Source: Thalia democratica
Lineage: Eukaryota
Assembly (NCBI GenBank): GCA_965202585.1
Contig: OZ241826.1
Location: forward strand, 23,622,001-23,686,000
DNA: 64,000 nt
Direction: 5' to 3'
Made by a program: the position numbers and the translations under genes
Notes under the pieces: model-generated
What the model was told of the DNA's origin: nothing
What the model saw: the letters and a program-made list of their open reading frames with translations, nothing else
Database searches by the model: none
Part shown: piece after piece, positions 11,230 through 25,019 of the stretch
How the letters are laid out: every line of letters begins with the position of its first letter
Numbering within the stretch: position 1 is the first letter of the stretch

Positions 11230-14200
11230 TTGAAAACGTATTGAACTGAAAGCCTTAATAAACGTTAAACTTTTTCATTTTTGTTTTGGATTGATTTTGG
11301 AAATATTTCATTTATTTTTATAAGGCTGAAAAACTGCATACTAAAAAATTAAAATTACTCTATAAAACCTTTAGACTTAAGTTGTCTAAAATTATATCAA
11401 CTTCATACGAGTTTGAAGTTTAAGGTGCAAGTTAAAGAATTTTAATTTGTACCATAGATTAAATATATATTATTCAAATTAAACTTATTTTAAGTTATAA
11501 TTCTACTTTACTTAAAACATTTTGTAAAGTTAAACAGAACTTTAGTTATATAAAAACTTTTTTAGATATATAAAAAAAAAATAACTGAAATAAACATTGA
11601 TGTTTATAATTTTTTAGTTATTGAAGTTAATGATAAAGAACTGCTTCAATAAAAATCTAATTAAAACGTCTTAAATTGTGCGCGATAAGTTTATGTGAAA
11701 ATTGCCACATAAAAGAAAATCATTTAAAAGCTTTAGGGTATATTTTTGATCCTATGCAGCTCGCAAGCTGAAAACTCTAAGTCGCCGTATTTATTAGCAT
11801 CCTAATGCATATAGTAAATTTAAAAAGAATGTATAAAATAAGAATGAATAAAGTCTAAATAAACAAAAAAAAAAAGTTTAATTTAATGCTAAACTGACGC
11901 TGTGCAAACGTTACCTTCCGTGCAAAAGTTTACGTTCGTACATTTCTGAAACCAACTGAAAGTTATTACTATTTATAGACTAAAACTGGTATATTATGTG
12001 CTATTTAAAATTAGTTGCTTTCATTAATTATTAAATAATATAGTCAATCTTTAACATCAAGAACCTTACAACAGTTATTAAAGTTGTTATTTTTTATAAA
12101 AACGTGAACAAAATCTATGCTTATTATTTTATTTACGAAGAATTTAAAAGGAGATAAAAAGCTTTACACTATTGATTTATTAAAAATATTAATAACTTAG
12201 CTTAGATTTTAAACAGTTTTTTTTAACTTAATAAGTCTGACAAACTTAATATTAAAACTTTAAATAACTCTTTAAAACCTTTAGATTTAAGTTTTCTTAA
12301 TTGTATCAATGTTTTACCAGTTTGATTTTTTGATTATATTGACTTTTTTTATAACTACTAAACGTGTTTGAAATGAACTAAAGTACCAAAAATTAAGGCT
12401 TTAATATCTGATTAAGACTTTAATTTAAGTAAAAAATTGAACAATTGTTTGGATTTACATAGCTTACAGCTTGAATATATGTAAAGTATAAAATTACTAA
12501 ACAAAAACCTTAAACGTGTATATCATTCAAGATAAAGATAACAAAATTTCAAGTTTGTTTATAAATAATTATAAAAAGTATGATTATATACTATGAAACT
12601 CACTTTTTACTAGCAAAATATTAAAATTCTAGTCGATCAAAAGAAATTTTTTTAAACTTCACCATCAATTGACAAAATAAATTGCAATCAAAATAGGCCC
12701 ATAGATTATATACTTTTGTTAGAAGTATGAAGAAAAACACAGAAAAATTATAAAATATAATTTGATGTATTTTATTCATTATTAAATATAATTAAGGATG
12801 GGGGTACTTATAATAACAATTTTTTTTGCTGATTCTTAATATCTGCTATGTATTTATTTACGAAAATGCAAAGAAATGGTCTTGTTTAAACTTTTTAAGT
12901 TTTTTTACATGATTTGTGATTTTTTAAGTATTAAGTTTTAAACAAAGTGCTACTATCTAATTTAAGAACACTGTTGAAATATCTTCAAATTGAACAAGTT
13001 TTTGTCCAAGAAAATAAACATTATTTAGGTTTTTAATAATTAAAATATACTTTTTAAAGAAGCATTTATAGGTAGTTTTTTAAAAATATTTGTCAGGAAG
13101 CCAAATGTTTTTAAAACTCGTCAAAGGAAGTCTTCTGAAAAAAAAGTTTAGGAAACACTTGTCTAGTATAATTATAATCTAAAAAAAGACTTTGTTTGAA
13201 CTAAAAATAGTTTTAAGATTTTTTTCTATATAAATAAACATCTAATTATCAAACAAAATCTGTAAGATAAACAAATATTCAATAAGTTAATCTAATATGC
13301 TTAATCAAAATTTTCTTTAGTTAATTTTTCTTTAGCGTATAAAGAAATTAAATAACTTTATTTTACTTACTTATTCAAAACTATTTTTACGTGCAGTAAA
13401 AGTATATAATATATAAAAGATATTTAATGTAAAAATAAGTACGTATTTTAAGATTCAATTTAAAGTAGTAGCATTAGTATGCTCCTACTGTCTAACTACT
13501 AAAATTTTTAAAAACTTGGCTTAAAACCTAGTTTATGTTTATTTTTTTAATTTGTACCGTATATTAATACATATTTTTTTACTATACTAATTTTTAACTA
13601 TCCTTCGATTATATTTAAAACATTTCGTAAATGTAAAAAAAAATGTAAGATGTGATTTTAGTTGTGTAAAAATTATCAACGACAATTTCGTAATATATAA
13701 TGTTACTACCAGCTGAAAAAAATTATCAAGAAGCTTCCATTAAACTTTTACTAAATCGTCTTAAATTACGCGCAAAAGGTTTATGTGATAATTGCCACAC
13801 GTAAAACAAAGTCATTAAAAACTCTAAGTTTCGCTTCGTTTGGGTCCTATGTTGTTTGCGTTGGAGTGTTTTTCAGAAAGTAGAATTCTGCTAAGGTGAA
13901 AGTTTCGTTAAATAACCAAAAGTTTTGCGCAGGGTGTTTTTAAGGTACTTGCCAAGCGTAAAAATAGAAAGCTGAAAATTCCAACATCGCCACATTTGTA
14001 AGAACCCCAGTGTATACACTTAATGTAAATACTTATTCTTAAAAGTTTATTGTTAGCTTCAATGATAAAATTTCTCTAAATCTACTGCTAACTAAAATGC
14101 TCTATGCAACTAAAATGACAAAAAACTAAGAAAGTGATTGAAAAGTTTGATGTAAGCTGCTTTTAAAATGAAAGCTACTATACTGATAAAATGGGTATAA

Positions 14201-14330
14201 GGAATTCAATTTGTAAGCACTTTAAACTGTTACCTTGACGACATGTAGTTCTTTACATGGAGAAGCCCATTGTAAACCTATAGGAATAGAAGGCTACTTG
14301 AATCAAAGAGAACATTAAAGTATTTGTTTT
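11230..14330 (+). repeat. Duplicated 3'-flank segments of the kelch unit (internal repeats, and shared with 34230-37160)
   Basis: 11890-12200 matches 36830-37160 (gctgtgcaaa.gttaccttccgtgcaaaagtttacgttcg). 13400-14330 matches 34230-34850 plus 36242-36560. gctgaaaactctaagtcgc occurs at ~11767 and ~34810. Confidence 0.7.
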
Positions 14331-14993
14331 AAATGCGTCCTCGAGATTTTTATTACATTTACAAAGAAGAAACACCAACCAAGAGTCAGGGTAAGGTGTA
14401 ACAAGAATATTATTTAAAAAATAGAAAATGTAAAAAAATAAGTGAAAAAAATATGTATAAATTAAAACGACCAAGTGTATGGGCTTTTATTATGAATCTA
14501 TAAAGAGTTTAAAAGTATAAAACTCTCAATTTAGAAATAAAACTTAAAAAAATTTCTTAATCACTACATCTTTAAATGAAAACATCTTTAAATACAAGTT
14601 GTAATCTACTAAAATTAAAAGATTAGATTCAAGAGCCGTACTATTAAATCAAAATTTAGACCATACTGAAAATTTTATCTTAAAAAAAAAATAGTGTTGT
14701 GAAAAGATGAACATTAATAAATTAGCTCTATTGTAAAACTAAAAAAACGCATTTAAGTCAGCTCAGCTCTTAACATTTATTTTTCAAACTAAAAGTAATT
14801 ATGACTGATAGTTAAAAAACACTTAAAACCAAAAAAAAGCGATATGAAGCTAATCGGTTTAAATAAATTTTGATAGAAATTTGAGCAATTTTTTATTGTC
14901 TTGTAACAATGAATTCGGCTGTACAACTGGTTCAATATAAAATTTATCCAAAAAACTGAGATAAAACATTTTACTAAAGTCTTAAAGCATATT

Positions 14994-16462
14994 TCATAAT
15001 CTTGGAACTTTGGTAGCGGAAAATAAAGTGAGATGTTTCGTAGGTTCGCAAGGTTTTTCATACCATTTGCCCTTTGTTGTGTCAAAAAAGAATATACTTG
15101 AAGAATGCGAGAAGTAAACAAACAACTTGTGTCCAATACTAAACGCTGCAAGTAGATAGTTTTCACGTATGTCATACAGACTAAATGAAGGTTTGAGAAC
15201 AATAAACTTTTTAGAAGTAGAATCATAAACTTCATTAATATTGGTTTCTCCTGCAATAACAAATAATTTATTCTTTACCACAACCGACTTATGATTACAT
15301 TTAGAATAGTTCATGGTTGAAAATTCTGTCCAAGTGTCGTTTATTGGGTCGTACGCTTCAACTGTATTTAATGTTCGATGGTAGTAATCATCGTCATAAT
15401 TTAAAAACCCATCATCTGTGTATTGCTTGCCACCAGATACGATTATTTTCTCTTCGAAAACACATGCAGCGGGAATTTGTCTTTTTTCAATCATCTTTGA
15501 TTTGTGCTTCCAAGAAAAATCTTTTGTATCAAACTCAATACACGAATCTTTCTCAAGGTGTTCATCGTCGTATCCACCAATCAGATAGATTTTATCCATA
15601 AAGCCGCATACAGCATAATTCTCTAAACCTTGGTCGTTTAAATCGTTTACATTAGCAACTACTTTGCAAGTGTTCGCAAGATGGTTGTACACTTCTACTT
15701 CTTTTACGATAAGTTCACGCCAACATGTTAAACCACCAAATATGTAAACATTTCCTCTGAGATAAACAACTCTAGAGTTATAACGTTTTTTTGTCAGCGA
15801 AGAAGCTATTTCTGAACTGCTAAATTGGTCAGAGTGCTTTATTTGCAGTATTCTGTCATCGATAACTTGATCAGCTTTACCCTTACCTCCAAAATACAAA
15901 ATGTCAAATGAATCGTGACCACAAAATCTTGTTGTAAAAAACTTTCTCGGTTTATTTCTATAAAAATTAAAGTTGCCTTTCAAAATATCATTTATAATCG
16001 CTAGGCAGTCTTTGTTCTTTCTAAAACAACTGTTTTCAGTAAAAATTACTTTTAAGGTTTTATCTGCTAGCAGTGGAAGACGTATTTTGTGTAGCAGCCT
16101 TTTTGAAAATTTTCCTCTGTCAATCAAATTGTAATTGATCCATTTATCAACAGCTTGGTAAACTTCAATCTCAGTTGTGACTAACAAACTTGATCTAGAA
16201 ATAATATCCTCGAGCAGATCTACTTCTAACTGTAAAAAGTTATCTGTCTCTGAAATCATCAAAAACCAGCTATCCATGTATATCAAAGCGTATTTGCTCA
16301 AAAAACAAAATATCTTAGAAAGAATAAAATGCGTGCAAATGTTTTTGTGACATGTTTTTTCTTTGAAACACTTAACTAGTTTTTGCTCTTCGTTGTTGTC
16401 TAGAACAACCTTATTTAGCTGCATGGCTTTGGTGATGCAATGCTGATGTAATGTACTTTTAC
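14994..16462 (-). CDS. BACK + Kelch protein gene 2, coding exon 2 (joins exon A 20016-19779; predicted 568 aa)
   Basis: Acceptor tttttcag|gt aaa agt...gcc ATG is in frame with the 476-aa ORF. BACK motif and ~6 Kelch blades; intact to the stop. Confidence 0.9.
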
Positions 16463-16959
16463 CTGAAAAAAATAGTTACAATGCTTTTGCTAATTGAATT
16501 TAAAAGTAAAATAACTGACTAAACATATTTTACATTTAGAGATTAAATTGACTACTTATAACCATTCTTTTACGAATATTTTTTTATATTTCAATTAACT
16601 TAATATTATATTTATTTACAGTTGACTTACGACAATATCCGAAAGACACACAATGCAAAATTCTAGAGCTATTTCAAAATAGTAATAAACAAATTACAAA
16701 CTTACTTTATTATGTAACTTTAGTAATCACCATACAAAAAATTAATTACATACAAAGTCAATTAACATAACTGATCAAAATACTAATTATTAAAGCTTTT
16801 TAAAAACAAACATTTCAACTCTAAAAATTGCATTAAGTAAATAAATCAACACTATAGTCAATCTCATTTTGTCTACAAAGGGTTTGATAGGCTTTGTATT
16901 TAAACACAATAGTTACATGAAAATTAAAACCAATCGGTTTAATTGGACCTAGGGATCTT

Positions 16960-17175
16960 TTGTTTTTTGAAAACTAATATATCAATCCCACTGAGACTAG
17001 TTTTATCCATGATCAACTCCAAGCAGCATAAAGTAGCAAAATTTCAAACTGTTGACTTAAACATCTTTTAAAATAATATTCTGACTATGTATGTTTTACC
17101 TATAATGACACCTTAATGTAAAGACCATATACCCACATTCGATCAAAGCATGGTTATATACCAATTCAAACGTTT
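16960..17175 (+). mobile_element. Residual pieces of the ancestral intronic PLE (RT and start of GIY-YIG)
   Basis: ccactgagactagttttatccatgatcaactcc...cagcataaagtagca (PLR..LSMINS..HKVA) and aaagaccatatacccacattcgatcaaagcatggttatataccaattc (KDHIPTFDQSMVIYQF). Confidence 0.55.
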
Positions 17176-17309
17176 TTTTAAAAATATCGGTTTAACAACT
17201 AGACAGCTGTAGATAAGGGCTAAAGAACAACTACCATTTTGAATGAAAAATTTTGAACTAAGCTAAAAAATAAAAAAATAAATAATAAAGTTATCAATGA
17301 CTAAAAGAT

Positions 17310-17880
17310 TTTAATCAGTAAGAACCAATATAGGCAAAGCTTTTCTGCAACTAATAGATAAACATTTCAAAGAAGACCACAAACAAAATAATAACCAGAA
17401 ATAATTGTAAAATTTCATATAGCTGCATGAGCAATATTAAGAAACTAATCCAAAAACACAATCGAAAATACTTAAAAACAAGAAACGATGATCCAAACGA
17501 AACACTTTGCAACTGCTGAACAAAAACAAATGTCCTCTTAAGAATAAATGCTAAGTTGAAAATGTGGTATATAAAGCGACAATCAAATCGGAAAACGTAA
17601 CAAAAAACTATTTGGGCTCAACGGGTGGAACTTTTAATAAAAGATGGTACAACCATATTAGTGACTTTAAAAACTATAAAGAGAACGGAACAGAATTATC
17701 GAAGTATATATGGAAGCTTAAAAATAAGAACATTGAATACAAAATAGATTGAGAAACTATCCACCACATTTGCAAAGCAAAAAACCCACAAAGCATTTGC
17801 AGTACTTGCATATTAGAAAAGGTCGCGATCGCTAAAGCAGACAGGAGGGATAATCTAAAGAAACGGTACGAACTCTTTTA
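17310..17880 (+). mobile_element. Second, different PLE: 3' fragment with GIY-YIG endonuclease, nested in the gene 2 intron
   Basis: NIGKAFLQLIDKHF...RNNCKISYSCMSNIKKLIQKHN...CNC...CPL..KC..ENVVYKATI...YLGSTGGTFNKRWYNH...ELSKYIWKLK...CILEK, with stops and frameshifts. Confidence 0.75.
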
Positions 17881-18683
17881 TTCCTGCCCGCACTTCCGAA
17901 AACTCCACTTCAAAACTTAAATTACTCGTAATACAGGTTTTATGCATGCTTTTTAATTTTTGTAACTATAATTTTCTTAAAGTAAAAAGTTTTTTTTTTT
18001 CTAAATTATTCAAGCAAAATTTCTAAATTTTGGTAACTATTACAAGCACAAAATTACTTAAATTTACAATATTCAAGTCACAATAAAATTTAGCTTGTTA
18101 AAATGCATCTTAACTTAAGCCCACTTATTATTATTAACCTAATTCTTATTTATTTGTGTTGATCTTTGATTTTTAAATTTAACTAGAATTTAAACTTTGC
18201 CAAAAATTCAAACTTAGTACCATAATTTAACTTGTTTTGTTCTAAGGTAAAAAATTGTTTTAACTGTAAGCTTTCATATAAAGCATTTGAGCGGGAATTT
18301 AAATTTTAATAACGATTAAAAGGACAAAATTGTTCAAATTTTTAATAATTACGTCACAATTAAAATAAGCTACACCAAATTCAATTAAATTTTAAGCTCA
18401 TTTCATTACTTACACTTTTGCTTAAGCAATGTTTAGTCTGTAAATTATCTAAAAGAAAAAAGAAAGCTACATACAGCTTTGTTTATTATTATTATTGTTG
18501 TTATATTGATTTTAAAACTTAGCTAAAAATTTAAGTTCTACTAAAACTCAGTCTTAATATTAAAATTTGATTTGTTTAGTTTCTTTTGTAAAGATTTTCA
18601 GTAATAATTTGATTTTATTTTAGTTTAATTGTTTAAATGCTTTTTTCCATGACTGTCACATATCTTTTTTTAGACTTATTTAA

Positions 18684-18718
18684 GCACCGACGAGGTCTTT
18701 GACCGAAACTTAGTTTGC
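18684..18718 (+). ncRNA. Minimal type-I hammerhead ribozyme-like motif (core U4>C), probably the pLTR of the second PLE
   Basis: gca CCGACGA ggtc-ttt-gacc GAAA cttaGTT tgc: helix I gca/tgc, perfect 4-bp helix II, GAAA, NUH site. Lies ~800 nt 3' of the PLE ORF on the same strand. Confidence 0.55.
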
Positions 18719-19498
18719 AAAATAAATTTTTGAAAGAATAAATATATTACTTCTCCTCCAGCAGTTGAGATCTCTCTATTTGTTTTCTTAAAACCAAAAC
18801 ATATAATAAACATTAAAACAAAAAGTATAACTATACAAAAAAAAAGTATCTAAATTTGTATAAAATAATAATATTTTTAAATAAATTTTACTAATTTTAA
18901 TAATAAGTATATTTTATCTTTAGTTCTTTATTAATGTGTTACTTTTTTGACACTTAACATTTATATTCTATTCTATTTAACAAATTCAATTAATATTTAA
19001 GCATTTTTTTACAATTAAGAAATGGTGTGGTGTCCATATTAAAATTTATTCCCGTAGCCTTTTAGAAATTTATGCCTTTTGTGCTGTAATGGATTTCTTC
19101 TTTCGAATAAAAATATTGAAATACAAGAAAATGTTTAATAAAAATTGTTTGTGTTACTACAACTTTTTTGATATTGACCTTTGCCCACATAAGGATAAAC
19201 TTGTCTTGCATTGTATTGAGGATATATTAAAGGATTTTTTAGAATAAGAATGGAATTTAATGCCATATGAATTTGAGGAATTGCTTAGTTTGTATCAATT
19301 TTAAATAAATCTAACTTGTTAAATATTAAAAAAAATAAAATATTTATTTTATATTTTATTTTTATCTTTTAAAATTCTAAATGCGTAACTAAACAAGAGT
19401 GCGTAAAGATGCGAGAGGTTACTGTAATAAAATTTTGTTTATAATGATTACTAGAATTACTATATAAGTTAAATTTATTTTGTGTTTATTGCTATATG

Positions 19499-19532
19499 TT
19501 CACTAAAGAAATAACGTGAAATATATCTGGAT
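19499..19532 (+). ncRNA. Degenerate hammerhead remnant of the ancestral intronic PLE
   Basis: ttca ctaaaga aataacgt gaaa tatatc tggat is positionally homologous to 59156-59191, which retains CTGATGA. Confidence 0.35.
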
Positions 19533-19778
19533 TTTGAAACTAGGTTTCTTTTGTATACTGCGTAAAATCAATATTGACTTCGATTACTTATAATTAAAAT
19601 TAAAACTAATTTTAAAAAATAGCTTATTTGATTTAAACTTATTATTTGTTTAACAGTATTTACCTTAACTTTACATAGATGTTTGTTTTTGAAATAGAAA
19701 ATATTTTCTCGTAAGTTTGAAGGTTTTGTTTATCAAAAACTTTATTAACATAAAAAAATTCAAATTTAATAAACATAC

Positions 19779-20016
19779 TTGGAAAGAAAAATTTCTTGCT
19801 TGCTCTTAAATTCCTAAAAGAATTCTCCGAAGTTTTTTTCTGTTGTGCTTTTGTAATACATTTTTCAACAAAACTACAAACTTTAAGTTTATTTTCATGT
19901 TTACTCAAGTGTTCAATTGCCTGTAAATCTTCTAGTTTACTTTCTTTAACAGGAGAGCTTTTCTTTTTTCTTTCTCGAAACCAGCATGAATTAAGCTTTA
20001 AATCTTTTCCACTCAT
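19779..20016 (-). CDS. Kelch gene 2 coding exon 1 (exon A, 79 aa, Lys-rich N-terminal region)
   Basis: ATG at 20016; 238 nt; donor cca a|gtatgt. Phase 1 matches the exon 2 acceptor (A+GT = Ser). Paralog similarity stops exactly at the donor. Confidence 0.8.
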
Positions 20017-21929
20017 AATTAAGTAGTGTAAAACAATTTTATAAACCTGTGTTGAAATTCTGTTGTAAAGTAGAAAAAATTAAAGTAGACTAAAGCTGAG
20101 GGCAGGGTGGCAACTTTTTAGTAAAAACAATTGTTCTATTTGGCAAAAAAAACTGTAATGTGTGACCATAAACAGTTCTTAGTCAACATAAGTTTTTGAA
20201 AATCCTTGTAAATCTTTCATTTTACTTAAGAAAATTTATAAATCTGGTTCTTCAACAAGTTAAATTAAATTTTTAAAACTACATTAATTAGTTTCAGTAA
20301 ATAAAATAGCCACATACCTTTAGGAATCGTTAAACTACCTTGAGCTATCATTTTAAAACTTTTTTAGCTTAAGTTTTCATAAAATCAAAAAAAAAAAAAA
20401 AATTCTGAATTAATCTGAGTTATCCTAAGTCATCTTAGGGTTTTCATGAACTTCAGACAATCTTTAGTTGTCCTAAATGTCTTAAATGTGTGACAATCTT
20501 GCTAAAGGTAGGAATAAAGATTTTATGTATTATAGCAAATTGAAATAAACGGAAATCAACACTATCAACAAAATCGAATTTTAAATATAATTAGTAAATT
20601 AAAGTCCAATTCTATTTGGATATTTTAAAACTAACAAAGTATATTGATAATACATACATCTCAAAGACATTAAACAATTCACAACCAGTTTTAGACTCGG
20701 GCTGAAAGTGACAAACAACTAAAAAAACGTAAGACAAAAATGATAATAACAGTATTAATAATAATAACCATATTAATAGTTGTTGTAAAATTATCATAGT
20801 AAAAGACTTGTGAGAATTTGCTTAAAAAAAAACTTAAAATTTCTATGTAATAAGGTTATTAAAAGTTTGCTTTAAGTTACATTATTCTTACGAAGAAATA
20901 ATTATAGTTAAACTCCAGTAAGTAATAATAAACATATTTATAGTAACATTGTACTTTTCAGTTTAAAAACAAAGGCTTTCATGTATTTACTTATACCAGG
21001 ATTTCACATAGTGGGCAAAGAATTTATCCTGACATCTCAATAAAATTTAGTTTTAAATTTTCAAGCTTATTGTATCAATACTACTAGAACACTTTAAAAC
21101 TATACCAACCTAAAAATATAAAATTCAATTTTTCAAAATTTATATTTTTTAAATTATTAACCTATTAATTAATAATAAATTTCTGCTTAAACTAAGTTTT
21201 AAATAAATAATCTAAATTTGTTTCCAAATGTAAATTACAACTATTATAGCTAGTAAAAATTAGTAAATTTTAAGATTAATTTTCGACGAACCCTTTTTAC
21301 TAGTTTTTAATAAAAAAATTATAAAGTTTCTATAAGATTTTAACAAAAACTGAAAATAGTATAAGTGAGATTTATTTTTTATTGTTATAAGTTTTTACAA
21401 CCTGTATAACACACTTTTCTTTATAACCTAAATACTAATATTTACTTAAAGTTTAATAAATATAGTGCAATTATCAACAGTTTTTAGGAGAAATCTTCAG
21501 AATGCTGATTTTGCAATGTCAATTGAACACTGAATACTTATTAAAAGTTTATATGTTTAAAATTTTAATACTACGCTTAAATGATTTTTGTGAATGTTTG
21601 TTAGACTTTTGGATTGAAAAATGGCAAGCCTGTGTCTAAATATTAAAAAAAAAATAAAATCACAAAACTATAATCTTATAAAAAAAGTATCCTCTTCAAA
21701 TATTAAGAAAGTTTTACTTTAAATAACAATTGAAAAAAACATTAACTAAAATTTTGTGACTTAGTATATATAAAATTTGACTTTTTAACAGAATAACAAT
21801 ATAATAGGTACTTTAAAAATAAAGAGGCAAAATTATAAATTTTCTTATCAAAAAAATCACAAAAAAATAACCAACACAGTAACATTTTTGAATATTATTA
21901 ACTGCAAAAATTAGCTTCTAACAAATATT

Positions 21930-23225
21930 TTAATATTGTGGTAAAAAAAATATTTATTAATTTTATGTAGAAAAAATGAACTAAAAAAGGGATAATTAAT
22001 GCATGTAAAGGTAGAAATAAAAATAATATTGAAAAGCTTTGTAATTATTTTGAATAGAATTTTTCAATAAAAGACATATAACCAAAATTTTAAACAACCT
22101 TTTGAAAATTAAAACTTTCAAAGAATACTTAACTCATAATTTAGTAATCTTGTTATAAAAAGTTTTGCTTAACTCTATATAATTTTTACATCTATCAGTT
22201 TACATACTAGTGTTGTTATAATGGTAATCTATTGTTTATAATGAAATGGTTATAATACCAAATTATGATTACTTAGTATTAGGAAAACACTAACCTAGCT
22301 AATTAGCAATTACTGTCTTATTTATTTCAGTTCTCCCTACATTCCTACCTCAAAATCTACCTTTGATTCTATGAGCTTTTTTATTACTACCTTTTTTTAT
22401 TTAACATATTTATCTCATATTTTAATTTGACCTGATGACACAAATTTGTTTAATAGAGAATAACTACCACATATAACTTTGTACCATTGATATTTTTGGT
22501 AATATTGAAACTAAATTTACCAACATTTTACCTCAATATATCTTAAAACTATTTTTGTTATCTTTTTTAAATATTTTAATATTTGTGGTAAAAAAAAATA
22601 TTTATTAATTTTATGTAGAGAAAATAAACTAAAACAGTGACAATTAAAGCATGTAAAGGTAGAAATAAAAATAACTTTGAAAGCTTTGTAATTATTTTGA
22701 ATAGAATTTTTCAATAAAAGACTTAATAACCAAAATTTTGAACAACCTCTTGAAAATTAAAACTTTCAAAGAATATTTAACTCATAAGTTAGTAATCTTG
22801 TTATAAAAAGTTTTAATTAACTCTGCATAACTTTTACATCTATCAGTTTACATACTATAGTTGTTATAATGGTAATCTTTTGTTTATAATGAAATGGTTA
22901 TAATACAAAAATTATGGTTACAAAGTATTAGGAAAACACTAACCTAGCTAATGAGAAATTACTGCCTTATTTATTTCAGTTCTCCCTACATTCTTCCTCA
23001 AAATCTACCATTGATTCTATGAGCTTTTTTATTACTACCTTTTTTTATTTATCATACTTATCTCATATTTTAATTTGACCAGATGAAACAAATTTGTTTA
23101 ATACAGAATAACTACCACATATAACTTTGTACCACTAATATTTTTGGTAATATTAGAACTAAATTTACCAACTTTTTACCTCAATATATCTTAAAACAAT
23201 TTGTGTTATATTTTTTCTATATTTT
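21930..23225. repeat. Direct tandem duplication, 2 x ~645 bp
   Basis: tgtggtaaaaaaaatatttattaattttatgtaga...ttacctcaatatatcttaaaac occurs at ~21937 and ~22583 with high similarity throughout. Confidence 0.85.
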
Positions 23226-25019
23226 ACAACTTATCACTAAAACAACAAAAAAAAATTAAGCATTATAACTTGATTAAACTTTTGAACTTGAATTAATATT
23301 GTGACAATTTCAAACAACTAAACTACACTACAATATTAACTAATTGTAGTTTGAAAACAAGTAGACAGGAAATCTTGCTGGTTTAATGAACAACTTCTAT
23401 CTTATTTTTTAAAAACAGTTAAATCATTTTCAGCTCTAAGATGCTGCTGACACATTCCACAACAAACACTGCTTGTAATTCAACTACATATTAAAATTCG
23501 AACCTGTATAGTTTATATACTATCTACTAAATTCTACATTGCAATGCAGAGTTCAGGAAACAACAATAAATTGGCACATAGTGTTTGGAAAGGTTCACGC
23601 TTGGCTGAGCAATTTTTATTAGATTCGACATTTTAAAAGGGGCATAGCTTGAAATTTTCTTTTACAAATAATGATAACAAGTTACTCACATTTCTTAAAA
23701 GTAATTATGGTCTTTTAGATGTATTCAACACAAACAGTTCACTAAAATTTAAGAAAAGGGTTATGTGAATGAAAGTAAACTAAAATCTACGTAAACTCAG
23801 TTGAAGAATTCTACTTATAAAAAGTTATGAAAACTGAATACAAACATATTTATATTATTCTGAAAATCTATGCTCGAGTAATTTTTGACGAAATGTTTGC
23901 AATAAAACAGAAAACTATGTGTTATTTTATTATAAAATTTAGATGATTTAGAATTTAGATCTATAAAAAAATTTGATAAAAGTTCGATAATAATAATAAT
24001 AATTCGAATTGTTGTAAACAAATTACAATAATTTAACTCTTAAAATGACTTATCTATCTATACTAGAATTGTTCTACATCAAGAAAAAAATTTATAAAGA
24101 TAAGAAAAGGTATGACTAAAAATATGTAACCTTTTTGAAAATAGGAGTCCTAATACTTAATTTTTTATTCTATATTTTATTTATATAAAATGGACTTTTT
24201 ATGTTCAAGTTTTACCTTAGGGTCAAATATCTAACAGCAAACTAAAATTAGTGTAAAAGCAAGATAAAAAGTGAAATTTTTATGACTACACTGAATTTTA
24301 TAATCACCCTCCTTTAGCCCTCTGCTAGTTATCGCCCACCTTTTTGTCCCTTAATTTGTTATCGCCCCCCGACATACTAAAATCGCTTTCAGGGGGCGAT
24401 ATCGTTTGCTTTGGAAAACCGTGCTTTCTTTAAAGAATAAGAGTTTAGATGCAATATAGAAATCTTATAAAAAAGTTCGATGATAACTAAAACAAGTACA
24501 ACAGTTGTAAACAACTAACAACACTTAGAGTCGTAAAATGACTAATTTATCTATGGTAAAATTTATTTACAGCAAAAAAATAACAATAACAAAAATATTT
24601 AGATTTAATTTTTTTTTTAAATCTGCTATTTTCACAGTTCCATCTTTTTTTTTATAAATATAGCATCAGAATTTGATATATATAATTTCAACTGATATTT
24701 TCTCCATTATGTAGTAGTGTTTACCCGCTATCACAATTAACATCAATTTTTACTGGAAAACCATTAAAAACCATCTCTCAGAAATTCCGCAAACTAGCTA
24801 GAGGTTTAAAATAAACAAGCAAAATTCTTTAACACATAAGGTTTTTGTTTTGCAAAACAACTAATCAAAACCAAATATACTTTATCGTTCAACAAGCTAT
24901 ATGAATGCAAAGATGTTTTAAATCAAATGAATAAAAATGTGTAACTAATCTTGTCTCCGATTACGATATAAAACTTTATTTTACTCAAAACACTCATTCA
25001 GTCAGTTCAAGTTTTTCTC

